A DNA stretch of 41,140 nucleotides, taken from Candidatus Pacearchaeota archaeon (GTDB taxonomy: Archaea; Nanobdellota; Nanobdellia; Pacearchaeales; GW2011-AR1). This document shows, in pieces, positions 8,483 through 16,845 of this stretch. The position numbers were made by a program, and so were the translations under genes. Each line of letters starts with the position of its first letter. The first letter of the stretch is position 1. The stretch covers positions 1-41,140 of the forward strand of contig VGKP01000007.1 of assembly GCA_016866975.1 (NCBI GenBank). Direction: 5' to 3'. The notes under the pieces were generated by a model, which worked only from the letters and a program-made list of their open reading frames with translations, searched no databases and was not told where the DNA came from.

Positions 8483-9688
8483 ATGGCTGAAAGAACTAAA
8501 GGAAGCGTTATTTTCAAGTACTTATCTGAAGATTTTATTGTGGAAGAATTAGGTGAGGATGAGAGAAGCGAATGTAAAATTTCTTCTTCTACCGATGTTT
8601 TTAATGGTGCGGGAGTTGACTTTGGAAAATTAGATGTTCTGGATAGAAGATTATTTCTGATGTGTGACCTTGAAAAGATTGATTTAGATCATTTCACAGC
8701 AATGTCTATCCTTTGTAGAGCTCTTTCTCTTGCGCCTCATCAGATAGGATACGCAGGAACGAAAGATAAAAAGGCATGGACGTGCCAAAGGATAACTCTT
8801 TTTAATCCAGATATTGCAAAAGTCTCTGCATTTAGGCATCAAGGTATATTTCTAAAAAACTTCAAATGGGTAAAGCATAAACTTAAGATTGGCGATTTAC
8901 TAGGGAATAGATTTACAGTCGTATTACGAGATGCCGATACTAATGCATTAAAGATTCTGAGTAGAATAAAAACTAATTCAGAAATCCCCAATTTATTTGG
9001 TATGCAACGCTTTGGCTCTCTTAGAAACGACAATGTACTTATTGGTAAATTAATTCTTAAGAGAAAATTTGAAGATGCTGTTTTTGCCTTTTTGGTAGGA
9101 GCAGGTGAAAGTGAGAATGCAATCGTCAGAGAAGCAAAAAAGAGATTGATACATGAAAAAGATTTAAATGCGGCGAGAGATTTTTTTCCATCAAAATTAC
9201 ATTTAGAGTGTAAGATTTTAGATTACCTCTCTATGCATCCTGGAGATTGGGTTGGTGCTCTGAAACTAATTGATGAAAAAGTAATTGCACTTATGTGCCA
9301 ATCAGTACAGAGTCAGATCTTTAATGAAGTGCTGGAATATGCAATAGATGAAGGATTACCTCTTTCCAATACTACTATACCTTTGATTGGAAGTACTGGA
9401 AAATTTTCTCCAGGAAGAATTGGTAGACTGCAAGAGAGGGTGTTTGAATCACATGGACTATCCTTAGCAAACTTATCTGTTCCTCAATTACCTGCCGCAT
9501 CTCTAAAGAACTCTACGCGAGATGCATTTTTTAAAGTTCGTTTACTGGAAGTAGAAACGGCAGATGATGAACTCTTTTTACCTAGCAAGAAAGTAATATT
9601 GAAATTTATGTTGGATTCTGGAGTATATGCAACTACATTCTTAGAATATTTCTTTACTCTGCTTACAAATCATAAGGCTAATGTGTAG
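8483..9688 (+). CDS. truD: tRNA pseudouridine(13) synthase
   Basis: K....DFIVEE, IGYAGTKDK.A.T.Q, LGNRF..VLR, PN.FG.QRFG, G.YAT..L. Confidence 0.92.
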   Translation: MAERTKGSVIFKYLSEDFIVEELGEDERSECKISSSTDVFNGAGVDFGKLDVLDRRLFLMCDLEKIDLDHFTAMSILCRALSLAPHQIGYAGTKDKKAWTCQRITLFNPDIAKVSAFRHQGIFLKNFKWVKHKLKIGDLLGNRFTVVLRDADTNALKILSRIKTNSEIPNLFGMQRFGSLRNDNVLIGKLILKRKFEDAVFAFLVGAGESENAIVREAKKRLIHEKDLNAARDFFPSKLHLECKILDYLSMHPGDWVGALKLIDEKVIALMCQSVQSQIFNEVLEYAIDEGLPLSNTTIPLIGSTGKFSPGRIGRLQERVFESHGLSLANLSVPQLPAASLKNSTRDAFFKVRLLEVETADDELFLPSKKVILKFMLDSGVYATTFLEYFFTLLTNHKANV

Positions 9689-9918
9689 TGAATTTTCTTT
9701 TCCTTCTTCTCCATAAGTAGACCTGGTTCTTTATGTCTTGAAATTCCACTGCATTCACAAAACTTCAAGCAAGCCGAGGTTTAAACTCAAAGAGCTTTGT
9801 GATAATGACAGAGTTTGGCAAAGATATAAATACTAGAGGCACTTGAGTATATTGAAGAAGTGATTGATTCTATCATTTCTTCGCAAATTCCCTTATGGAT
9901 GTGCGAAAGAATAGGGAG

Positions 9919-9998
9919 TTACACGATGCTGAAGGGCGGGCAGTGGCTTTATGCCAACCTCGGGGTGAAACCTGCTTATTTCAGAAGACATCGTGTAA
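9919..9998. other. 80-bp structured intergenic element with perfect 10-bp terminal inverted repeats
   Basis: TTACACGATG ... CATCGTGTAA enclosing CTGAA/TTCAG and small hairpins. Confidence 0.5.
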
Positions 9999-10026
9999 TC
10001 TATTTAGTTATTTTTGCCAATATTCA

Positions 10027-10377
10027 TTAGTTATTTCCTGTTCCGTCTGCTTGTCTTTCTACGAATTTGCATTTCTTGCAACGATAGAGATAAATATTTG
10101 ATTCGTCGCTATATGGAGGGTTAAGATCTGCGACATCGCATTCGCCATAACCACATTTCTTGCAGATATGAGGAAATCCATTTGTCGATATATCCTCTTG
10201 ATATATACCCTGTCCTAATTCAGTATTTATCTTTGAGTTATTCAGTTTTATCTCAGGCAATTCTCTTGAAAATCCGCAATCGCACTTGCCTATATTCACT
10301 TCATTTATCATAATCAATTCTAACATCTTCCCACATTGCTGGCAAAAATACATCCCATCCATGGGAAAAAATCTCAA
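10027..10377 (-). CDS. TFS / RpoM-like double zinc-ribbon transcription factor
   Basis: N-terminal CxxC..CxC, C-terminal CKKCG...SDE..Y.Y.CKKC. Confidence 0.75.
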   Translation of the reverse strand: MRFFPMDGMYFCQQCGKMLELIMINEVNIGKCDCGFSRELPEIKLNNSKINTELGQGIYQEDISTNGFPHICKKCGYGECDVADLNPPYSDESNIYLYRCKKCKFVERQADGTGNN

Positions 10378-10582
10378 TGAGTACTTTTAAAGCTTTCCCG
10401 TCGAAAAACGAAAGATTTCAGGAATGCATTCCTGAGCACGCTCAAGAATTCTGAGAAACGAATTCTTGACGTATATAAACTTATTAATATTAGAATACCT
10501 ATCAGTGATCTTAGAGAGATACTGAGTAATTCTAGTTTTGGAGACGGGGAAAGTTTATAATCTTGTTTGGTTGAAGATTGTA

Positions 10583-11053
10583 ATGAAAAGAGAAGAGGCT
10601 TGGTTTGCATTAGGATGTTTCTGGAATCCAGAATTGCGGTTTTCGCAAATATCTGGTGTTGTCTCAACAAAAGTCGGATATTCAGGAGGAGTAAAGAAAA
10701 ATCCTGGCTATGAAGAAGTGTGCACTGGCAAGACAGGGCATGTCGAGACTGTAAAAATTATTTATGATTCTACTAAGATCACTTATGATGAGCTTCTTCA
10801 GGTTTTTTGGAGCAGTCACGATCCTACTCAAATAAACAGACAAGGCCATGATATTGGCAGCCAATATAGGTCGGTAATATTCTATCATTCTCCTGAGCAA
10901 AAGATGAAGGCGGAAAAATCTTTGAAAAATGAACAGAAAAAAATAAGCAAGAAAATAGTAACGGAAATTGTCCCTGCAACAAATTTTTATGAAGCTGAAG
11001 AATATCATCAGAACTATCTAAAAAAGAAAGGCGTGGATTCTTGCTCATTATGA
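10583..11053 (+). CDS. msrA: Peptide-methionine (S)-S-oxide reductase
   Basis: GCFW, GY.GG, YEEVC.G.TGH.E, HDPTQ.NRQG.D.G.QYRS, AEEYHQ.Y; start set at MKREE. Confidence 0.95.
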   Translation: MKREEAWFALGCFWNPELRFSQISGVVSTKVGYSGGVKKNPGYEEVCTGKTGHVETVKIIYDSTKITYDELLQVFWSSHDPTQINRQGHDIGSQYRSVIFYHSPEQKMKAEKSLKNEQKKISKKIVTEIVPATNFYEAEEYHQNYLKKKGVDSCSL

Positions 11054-11820
11054 TGGAAGTCACTGCCCTTGCTTCAGGATCTTCGGGAAATTGCTTCTAT
11101 GTTGGAAACAATAATGAAGCAGTATTGGTAGATGCAGGGATTAGTGCAAAACAAGTGTATAATCGGATGGAGGAATTGGGATTGGATCCTGGAAAACTAA
11201 GAGGTATATTTATTACTCATGAACATAGCGACCATATAAGGGGAGCCGATGTTCTTGCTAGACAACTGAAAATACCAATTTATGCTACTAAGAAAACCTT
11301 GCAGAATGGAATGATTTGCTCTGAAAAGTCCTTGTTTAGGACGATAATTGCAGGTAAGGACATAAAAATTGGCCGCCTATCTGTCGAATCTTTCTCTAAG
11401 TCTCATAAGGCTGCAGATCCTGTATCTTATACAATCGTAGGAAACAAGAGAGTAGCGGTTATAACCGATGCAGGCTATGCATGCAAGAACATACAGGAAC
11501 ATATATCTAATGCCCACTTCTTGTTCATAGAGTCTAATCATGATGATAAAATGCTCGAGAGAGGCCCTTATCCAGCTTACTTGAAGAGATGGATATCAGG
11601 AGATACGGGGCATCTGTCAAACAGACAAGCAGCTTTATCTGTGTTAGAATGTGCCTCCGCAGAGTTGCAGAACATGGTATTATCTCACTTAAGTCAGACA
11701 AACAACTCTCCAGAAGTCGCTTTGGAGACTTTCCATTCTCTCCTCAAGGAAAGGACAGGGTTTAGGGCTAAGATTGATGTCTCAGATAGGGAGCGGCCAA
11801 CTCCGCTCTATGTTATCTGA
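11050..11820 (+). CDS. MBL-fold metallo-hydrolase (YycJ/WalJ-like)
   Basis: LASGSSGN, VDAG, THEHSDHIRG, SH.AADP, ESNHD..ML..GPYP..LK..I....GHLSN, LSHLS..NN. Confidence 0.88.
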   Translation: MMEVTALASGSSGNCFYVGNNNEAVLVDAGISAKQVYNRMEELGLDPGKLRGIFITHEHSDHIRGADVLARQLKIPIYATKKTLQNGMICSEKSLFRTIIAGKDIKIGRLSVESFSKSHKAADPVSYTIVGNKRVAVITDAGYACKNIQEHISNAHFLFIESNHDDKMLERGPYPAYLKRWISGDTGHLSNRQAALSVLECASAELQNMVLSHLSQTNNSPEVALETFHSLLKERTGFRAKIDVSDRERPTPLYVI

Positions 11821-12841
11821 CCTTTCTCATCTCTTTAAACTCTATAATCTTCTTAATAAATCCAGGGATTAGACCGCCTATCGTAAAATTAGGATGTTCA
11901 ATAACTCCTATTTTATTACCAAGACTTATTATTAGTATAGTTTTTTTTGTATTATATTCTCTTAGACGCATTTTTCTCTCTAAAGCAATTATGTTGTATG
12001 CTGCTATCTTTGCCTGTCTTTCGGCATTATGGGCAGTCTTTTCTATTTCTATACTGTTTGCATCGCCTGCAGAAAAGATGTTTGGAGCGCTTGTCTGCAA
12101 GAACTTATTTACTTGAATCTTGCCATTTAATATCAATTTTTCTTTGATCTTTCCTTTTATATATTCAGTATTTGGGACTATTCCTGTGCATACAAAGACT
12201 ATGTCTGCATTTATCTTAAGTCCTTTTTTGGTGATGAACATCTTACCTTTTCTTTTATGAACAAATTGGCCAGTCATTATCTTTATTTTGTGGTCTCTGA
12301 GCCATCTCTGACAATAATCTCTTGAATAGTCACTGTATCTTTCCATTATCTTGCTTCCAGAATGTACTATCGTAATCTTCTTTTCAGGGTATTTCTCAAC
12401 TATCTCTGCAGCAATTTCAACTCCGACAAGCCCGCCTCCAATCACAAGAACACTATTTGCCTTTGTCAAAATCTTGTTGGTCCAACATATATTATCTGAA
12501 CGAAGAGAAGCTCCAGATCCAAATTCCTTGAAAGGAGGAGAATATCTGGAACCCGTACAGAGCAAAGCATAGTCAAAATAAATCTTCTTATTATTGACTT
12601 TCACATAATCTAGACACAATTCCTTAACCATTCCAACCACTACTTTCGCTTTCTTTAGGTAATTTTTGTGAGGAGATTGAATTCTTTTAAGATGCTCAGG
12701 TTCGACTATTGCCTGTAAGACACCTGGAGTGAACTCAAAATAATTCTTTGAGTCTATTAGAGTAACATCAAATTCATTCTCAAGAATTCTGGCTGATGTT
12801 GCTCCTGCAAATCCTCCTCCTATTATCACAACCTTTTTCAT
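11813..12841 (-). CDS. FAD/NAD(P)-dependent pyridine nucleotide-disulfide oxidoreductase (NDH-2/AIF-like)
   Basis: Two Rossmann motifs VVIIGGGFAG and VLVIGGGLVGVEIA; IFSAGD. Confidence 0.85.
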   Translation of the reverse strand: MKKVVIIGGGFAGATSARILENEFDVTLIDSKNYFEFTPGVLQAIVEPEHLKRIQSPHKNYLKKAKVVVGMVKELCLDYVKVNNKKIYFDYALLCTGSRYSPPFKEFGSGASLRSDNICWTNKILTKANSVLVIGGGLVGVEIAAEIVEKYPEKKITIVHSGSKIMERYSDYSRDYCQRWLRDHKIKIMTGQFVHKRKGKMFITKKGLKINADIVFVCTGIVPNTEYIKGKIKEKLILNGKIQVNKFLQTSAPNIFSAGDANSIEIEKTAHNAERQAKIAAYNIIALERKMRLREYNTKKTILIISLGNKIGVIEHPNFTIGGLIPGFIKKIIEFKEMRKVR

Positions 12842-12884
12842 ACTTCAGAGTGTAGAATGTTGCTTAAAAAGCTGACGTATCATT

Positions 12885-13010
12885 ATGTCAAGGAACTTGA
12901 CTAAAACTCCAGCTTAAAAGCTGGAGTTGTTTCTTGAGCATCCAAACCTCAAGAATCTTCGATTCTTGATGGCATCCAAGAACAATGTTCTTGGTGAAAC
13001 GAGCGCCTGC
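12885..13010 (+). repeat. Double-hairpin repeat element, type B variant with two extra hairpins, 3' truncated
   Basis: First ~58 bp nearly identical to 1528 copy; extra TCAAGAATC-TTC-GATTCTTGA and CCAAGAAC-AAT-GTTCTTGG; ends at AAACGAGCGCCTGC. Confidence 0.85.
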
Positions 13011-13054
13011 TCAACCCTCTTCTTACTTTCTTCTATTCTCTTATTCTCGAGCAT
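13011..13054 (-). pseudogene. N-terminal stub of a probable HEPN-type partner gene
   Basis: ATG overlapping the stop of the upstream MNT gene, MLENKRIEESKKRVE, then runs into the repeat element; HEPN identity inferred from position and remembered DPANN N-termini. Confidence 0.45.
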
Positions 13055-13637
13055 TACTTACCATCCTATAATAATTCTCCGCCCCGAAGAGCAAAAGATG
13101 CTTATTCAACGATTCATTGAGTATATTAATCTTCTCGCGCTTTGATACCATTTCATGTGCGCTCTTGCTTGAGATAACTTGTATTTCAAAATTTTTAGTG
13201 AATTGTGAAGCGATGTTTTGTATGGTTTTCTCTATTTCAAGTATTCTTTCTTCGTTTTCTATTATCAGAAGAACATCTATATCTCTTGGATTGCTTTTCT
13301 CTACATACGAGCCAAAAATAAGCAAGACGAAGAAATCAAGATTAAGCCTACTCCGTACGTCTTGTGTGAAGAGGCTCAGGATTTTATCTTTGTCTAATGC
13401 TTGACGGCTTCTGAGTGCTTCTATATAACTGAGCTCTTGATGATTTTTTCGGTAATTGAGTGATATTAATCGTTTTTCGTCTTTTATGAGGTAGTTATTC
13501 CCAAGGAGGTCGCGGATTGAGCGATGGATCAGAGGATATGGCTTTTTGAGCTTCTCGGCTATCTCTTTTATGCTGAAGCGCTTGTCTATCTGTGAAACAA
13601 ATAGCTTCAGTATTTCAATTTGTGTTTTGGTAAGCAT
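13041..13637 (-). CDS. wHTH + minimal nucleotidyltransferase (MNT) domain protein
   Basis: N-terminal FSIKEIAEKLKKPYPLIHR HTH; LIFGSY......DIDVLLI NTase motif. Confidence 0.85.
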   Translation of the reverse strand: MLTKTQIEILKLFVSQIDKRFSIKEIAEKLKKPYPLIHRSIRDLLGNNYLIKDEKRLISLNYRKNHQELSYIEALRSRQALDKDKILSLFTQDVRSRLNLDFFVLLIFGSYVEKSNPRDIDVLLIIENEERILEIEKTIQNIASQFTKNFEIQVISSKSAHEMVSKREKINILNESLNKHLLLFGAENYYRMVSNARE

Positions 13638-13661
13638 TTTATAACTTTGTGGATATACTTA

Positions 13662-13780
13662 TGTCGGGAACCGATGAAAACCACACCTTTCAAGGTGTGG
13701 TGGTTCCCGAGCATCTCCAAAAACTAGCGCCTGCAACAAACCTCGGCTTTTAAGCCGAGGTGGCGCATCGTTTTTGTGAT
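13662..13780 (+). repeat. Double-hairpin repeat element, complete type A copy
   Basis: TGTCGGGAACC...GGTTCCCGA outer stem, two inner hairpins, AAAAAC.AGCGCC/GGCGCATCGTTTTT stem. Confidence 0.9.
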
Positions 13781-13875
13781 ATATCTATTTAGTTATATTT
13801 AAAGGTTTGCTTTCTTTGATAAGTTAGGGATATTTCTTGGCGTGATAAGTGACAAGATTGGCCAGTTAATCCCAT

Positions 13876-14670
13876 TTATGTAAACTCTACAACATTTCCA
13901 GTCAGATATTTTGTTACAGGTGTGAATGGGAAGAAAGCGTACTCGTACCAAGCAGTCCAGACAAAATCTTTAATCCAAGTGTCTCGCATTTCTGGACGCA
14001 TTTTGTAGGAAAACGCAGAGTCTGCCTTTCCAACTCTGGAGAGACCATGATTACATCCACATCCGTGTTCCCAGAAAAAGCCTTCTTGCGAAGACATACT
14101 TTGAATTGTCAATTGCATCGGGAATACTTTTTGTGCATGGAGTGAAGCATCCCAACCGCGCGCGTTTTGCTTGTCATCTTCGCTGAAGCGCAGTGGTCTG
14201 ATTTCACAGACTTCCTCCCGTGCCAGAGGTGCAAGATGCACATGATAAAACGAAGCAGGGAGATCATAGCCGAATTCTTTGAAAAGATTCTTTCCGATCC
14301 TCACAATTCTTGCCTTGTCTTCATAGTCTTTATCCGCTTGATTAAGCCTTGACTCAATACTTGCAAAGTCAGGATATTCTTGCACTCTAAAATCGTGTCC
14401 ATAAAAATTCAACGCTTCATCAGCTAAGGTACCAAAGAGTCCCTGAAATGCTTGCTTGTAACCGACTAAATCCGTTCGTTTGTCATAGAGATCGACTTTG
14501 CCCGCATGGAGCTTGTGATGAAATAGTTGTGCCATGTGCATATATTCATCTCTGAGGCGCATACGGTAGTCAGGGCTTCCTGCAGCAATATCTTGCCAGA
14601 CTTTAGGTAATTCTTCTACTCTTGAAGCACACTCTCCCACTATATGTACATGTACATGTTCATTATTCAT
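13876..14670 (-). CDS. Unknown His/Cys-rich protein, probable metal-binding
   Basis: 264 aa; EHVHVH N-terminus, HHKLH, WEHGCGCNH; translationally coupled to the upstream ATPase (ATGA overlap). Confidence 0.75.
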   Translation of the reverse strand: MNNEHVHVHIVGECASRVEELPKVWQDIAAGSPDYRMRLRDEYMHMAQLFHHKLHAGKVDLYDKRTDLVGYKQAFQGLFGTLADEALNFYGHDFRVQEYPDFASIESRLNQADKDYEDKARIVRIGKNLFKEFGYDLPASFYHVHLAPLAREEVCEIRPLRFSEDDKQNARGWDASLHAQKVFPMQLTIQSMSSQEGFFWEHGCGCNHGLSRVGKADSAFSYKMRPEMRDTWIKDFVWTAWYEYAFFPFTPVTKYLTGNVVEFT

Positions 14671-15515
14671 ATTCCCTTCTCCAATATTTTATTGAACATA
14701 AAGGGGCGTACCTTATTCCTTTCCTTTTGAATATCATATTTCTCCTTCCATCGTTTGTGTCTTTGCCAATGCGCATCTCTGGTGGTTCTTTGGATGGAAT
14801 CGAGAAGCCGTGTAGCAGTACTCTTATTTGCAGCACTTATCTTCCTATAATCACACGTTTGTATTCCTTCATCCAATGAAAACGAAATCTCTTCGCTCTT
14901 CTGCTCCTTGTTCCTTATTTGAATAGACGGAATGCCAAATTCATCTGCAATTACCTTGATCTGAGCCGCCACCTTTTTACTGTTTTCTGTGGGTTCAGTT
15001 ACAATGATGAGTGCATCCACTCCGAGATAGAGACCATATCCAACCATATCAATGCCTGCAACAGAATCTACAACGACTACTTCATTTTCTTTGATCTTTA
15101 AAAGAGGAAGGTAATATTTGAGTGCTGAAATATAGGCATGGCTACAGCGATGGCCATAGAGGAGATCTTCATGCAATCCTCCGAAGACCATCAGCGAGAG
15201 TTGATGAGATAGCGAGTGAGCATATTTTTTTGTAAACTGATCAGGAGGAGAGAGTGAAAATTCTTTGAGGTTCTTCTCAGGCAGGTCTACATAGTAATCT
15301 AATTCTGAAAGACCTTGATACGCATAGAAGTCTCCTTCAGCGTGGTTGAGATACTTCGTCGGCATGGCAGGGTTCCACTGTAAATTTGTTGCAAGATCCA
15401 TATTATAGTCCGCATCGATAGCAAGCACGTTCTTTTTCTGAGAAGCGTGCATAGATAAGAGCCACGCTATGCTTGATTTCCCTGATCCACCTTTTCCTAC
15501 AACTGCTATCTTCAT
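14667..15515 (-). CDS. CooC/MinD-like P-loop (SIMIBI) ATPase
   Basis: MKIAVVGKGGSGKSS, IDAD.N..L, HRCSH, VVVDSVAG, DALIIVTEP. Confidence 0.8.
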   Translation of the reverse strand: MKIAVVGKGGSGKSSIAWLLSMHASQKKNVLAIDADYNMDLATNLQWNPAMPTKYLNHAEGDFYAYQGLSELDYYVDLPEKNLKEFSLSPPDQFTKKYAHSLSHQLSLMVFGGLHEDLLYGHRCSHAYISALKYYLPLLKIKENEVVVVDSVAGIDMVGYGLYLGVDALIIVTEPTENSKKVAAQIKVIADEFGIPSIQIRNKEQKSEEISFSLDEGIQTCDYRKISAANKSTATRLLDSIQRTTRDAHWQRHKRWKEKYDIQKERNKVRPFMFNKILEKGI

Positions 15516-15544
15516 AGATGTCTTACAAAGCGGAATCTTTAAAA

Positions 15545-15566
15545 CATTACTGATTCTCATTCTCAA
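15545..15566. promoter_or_regulatory. Fur-box-like operator between divergent fur and ATPase genes
   Basis: Minus strand TTGAGAAT-GAGAAT-CAGTAATG, tandem GAGAAT hexamers similar to the GATAAT Fur array. Confidence 0.5.
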
Positions 15567-15574
15567 TAAGAACT

Positions 15575-15955
15575 ATGGCAAAATTATCTAGACAAACACG
15601 GCAAAAGCACTTACTCCAGGAGGAACTAGACAAATTTACTTCTTTTTTCACGGGAGAAGAACTGTTTGAAAAAGCACGAAAGAAAGACTCTAAACTCGGA
15701 CTTGCAACAGTATATCGCTTTCTGAAGGATCTTCGTGAAAAAAGGGTACTTCATGCCTACAGCTGTAATCGTCAGATGTTGCACTCTACAGAAGAAGGGG
15801 GTCATTGTCATTTTATCTGTGAGCAGTGTGGAAAAACGGAACACTTTCATCTGAATAAGATTGATTTTCTCAAACAAGGGATTAAAGGAGACGTGTGTCA
15901 TTTTCAGCTGGATGTGCATGGAATATGTGAAGCTTGTAAGAAACATATGGTTTGA
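15575..15955 (+). CDS. Fur-family metalloregulator
   Basis: GLATVYRFL..L, HCHFICEQCG, G.CEAC. Confidence 0.9.
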   Translation: MAKLSRQTRQKHLLQEELDKFTSFFTGEELFEKARKKDSKLGLATVYRFLKDLREKRVLHAYSCNRQMLHSTEEGGHCHFICEQCGKTEHFHLNKIDFLKQGIKGDVCHFQLDVHGICEACKKHMV

Positions 15956-16052
15956 ACTACCCACCCACTCTTTGTACCTTTCTTCATCCATAAACTAATA
16001 CCTCTCTTAGAGATTATAAAAATATGCACATGAAGATGCCAGAAAGGTAAGA

Positions 16053-16232
16053 TGCGGGAGGGAGGATTCGAACCTCCGTAGGCACTAAGCCACAGGATTT
16101 CCTAAGGAAACCAAGGTTTCCTTTTGGATCAACCTTCCTTTGAAGAAAGGTTCACCCATCCTGGTTGGATTCCGCTCTAACGAGCGAATGACTTCTTAAG
16201 TCCTGCCCTTTTAACCGCTCAGGCACCCCCGC
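16053..16232 (-). tRNA. tRNA-Leu(TAA) with 96-nt intron at 37/38 (intron 16099-16194)
   Basis: GCGGGGG/CTCCCGC acceptor, CAGGA-CTTAAG|A-TCCTG anticodon arm, long variable arm, GGAGG-TTCGAAT-CCTCC; BHB with CUUA/UAGG central helix. Confidence 0.92.
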
Positions 16233-16264
16233 ATAAAAAGAGTTAGAAAGGTATGTTAAAAAAC

Positions 16265-16423
16265 TTACTGTTCTGTATTTATCTTGCTTATTATCTCTGA
16301 TGACTTACTATTGACATGGCGAATGACTTCATCTGCAGAAGCAGAAGGATTTTTATCCTTAAATTTCATGGCTTCTGAAGCTCCAGCAATTACGGCCATT
16401 TTCATCATTTTTTTTTCATCCAT
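16265..16423 (-). CDS. Small hypothetical protein (52 aa, below ORF-track cutoff)
   Basis: MDEKKMMKMAVIAGASEAMKFKDKNPSASADEVIRHVNSKSSEIISKINTEQ; clean ORF with helical, protein-like pattern. Confidence 0.6.
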   Translation of the reverse strand: MDEKKMMKMAVIAGASEAMKFKDKNPSASADEVIRHVNSKSSEIISKINTEQ

Positions 16424-16481
16424 AAGTCTTTGCATGATGCGTAGTTTAAAAGCATTCCTGTCTTTATATGATATAATTAAC

Positions 16482-16751
16482 TCATTCTTGAACTGTCCTT
16501 CCCACTATTGAAAATGATCCTTGTCCATTTTCAGGACTAGTACTATTTGATTGATTATTTGATTTGCCTTGCCTTTTAATATTTAAATTCTCTGAGGCAT
16601 TTGCAAATACTTTGACTGCTTCTTCGCTTATTGCTCTTGCTGAAGAAGCGCTTTCTTTTGGATATGAGATAATATAAAAAATTATCGCACTTATAAGCAG
16701 AAGAGTAATTGTTGTAGATAATAGAATGTTGAGGAAAGCTTTTTTGTTCAT
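16482..16751 (-). CDS. Small single-TM hypothetical protein
   Basis: N-terminal hydrophobic helix, polar tail. Confidence 0.55.
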   Translation of the reverse strand: MNKKAFLNILLSTTITLLLISAIIFYIISYPKESASSARAISEEAVKVFANASENLNIKRQGKSNNQSNSTSPENGQGSFSIVGRTVQE

Positions 16752-16845
16752 ATGTAAAAAACGTTTATCGAGTATAAAAATCTAACTTGAGGAAGATTTA
16801 AATAGAAGTTCGTTTTATTCGGTATAGATTTGGTAAAAAAAGAGG

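Noticed and set aside
9919-9998. c-di-AMP (ydaO) riboswitch
   Set aside because: Shares only GCUGAA and GGGGUGAA words; too short, lacks the 3' GUCAGCUAAC region, and sits between convergent gene ends.
13011-13019. TCAACCCTC as a copy of the tRNA-associated palindrome tail
   Set aside because: Better explained as coding sequence (KRVE) of the truncated minus-strand gene.
15626-15991. 121-aa minus-strand ORF (also 10682, 17359, 20035, 20600, 34500)
   Set aside because: Antisense to confidently assigned genes.
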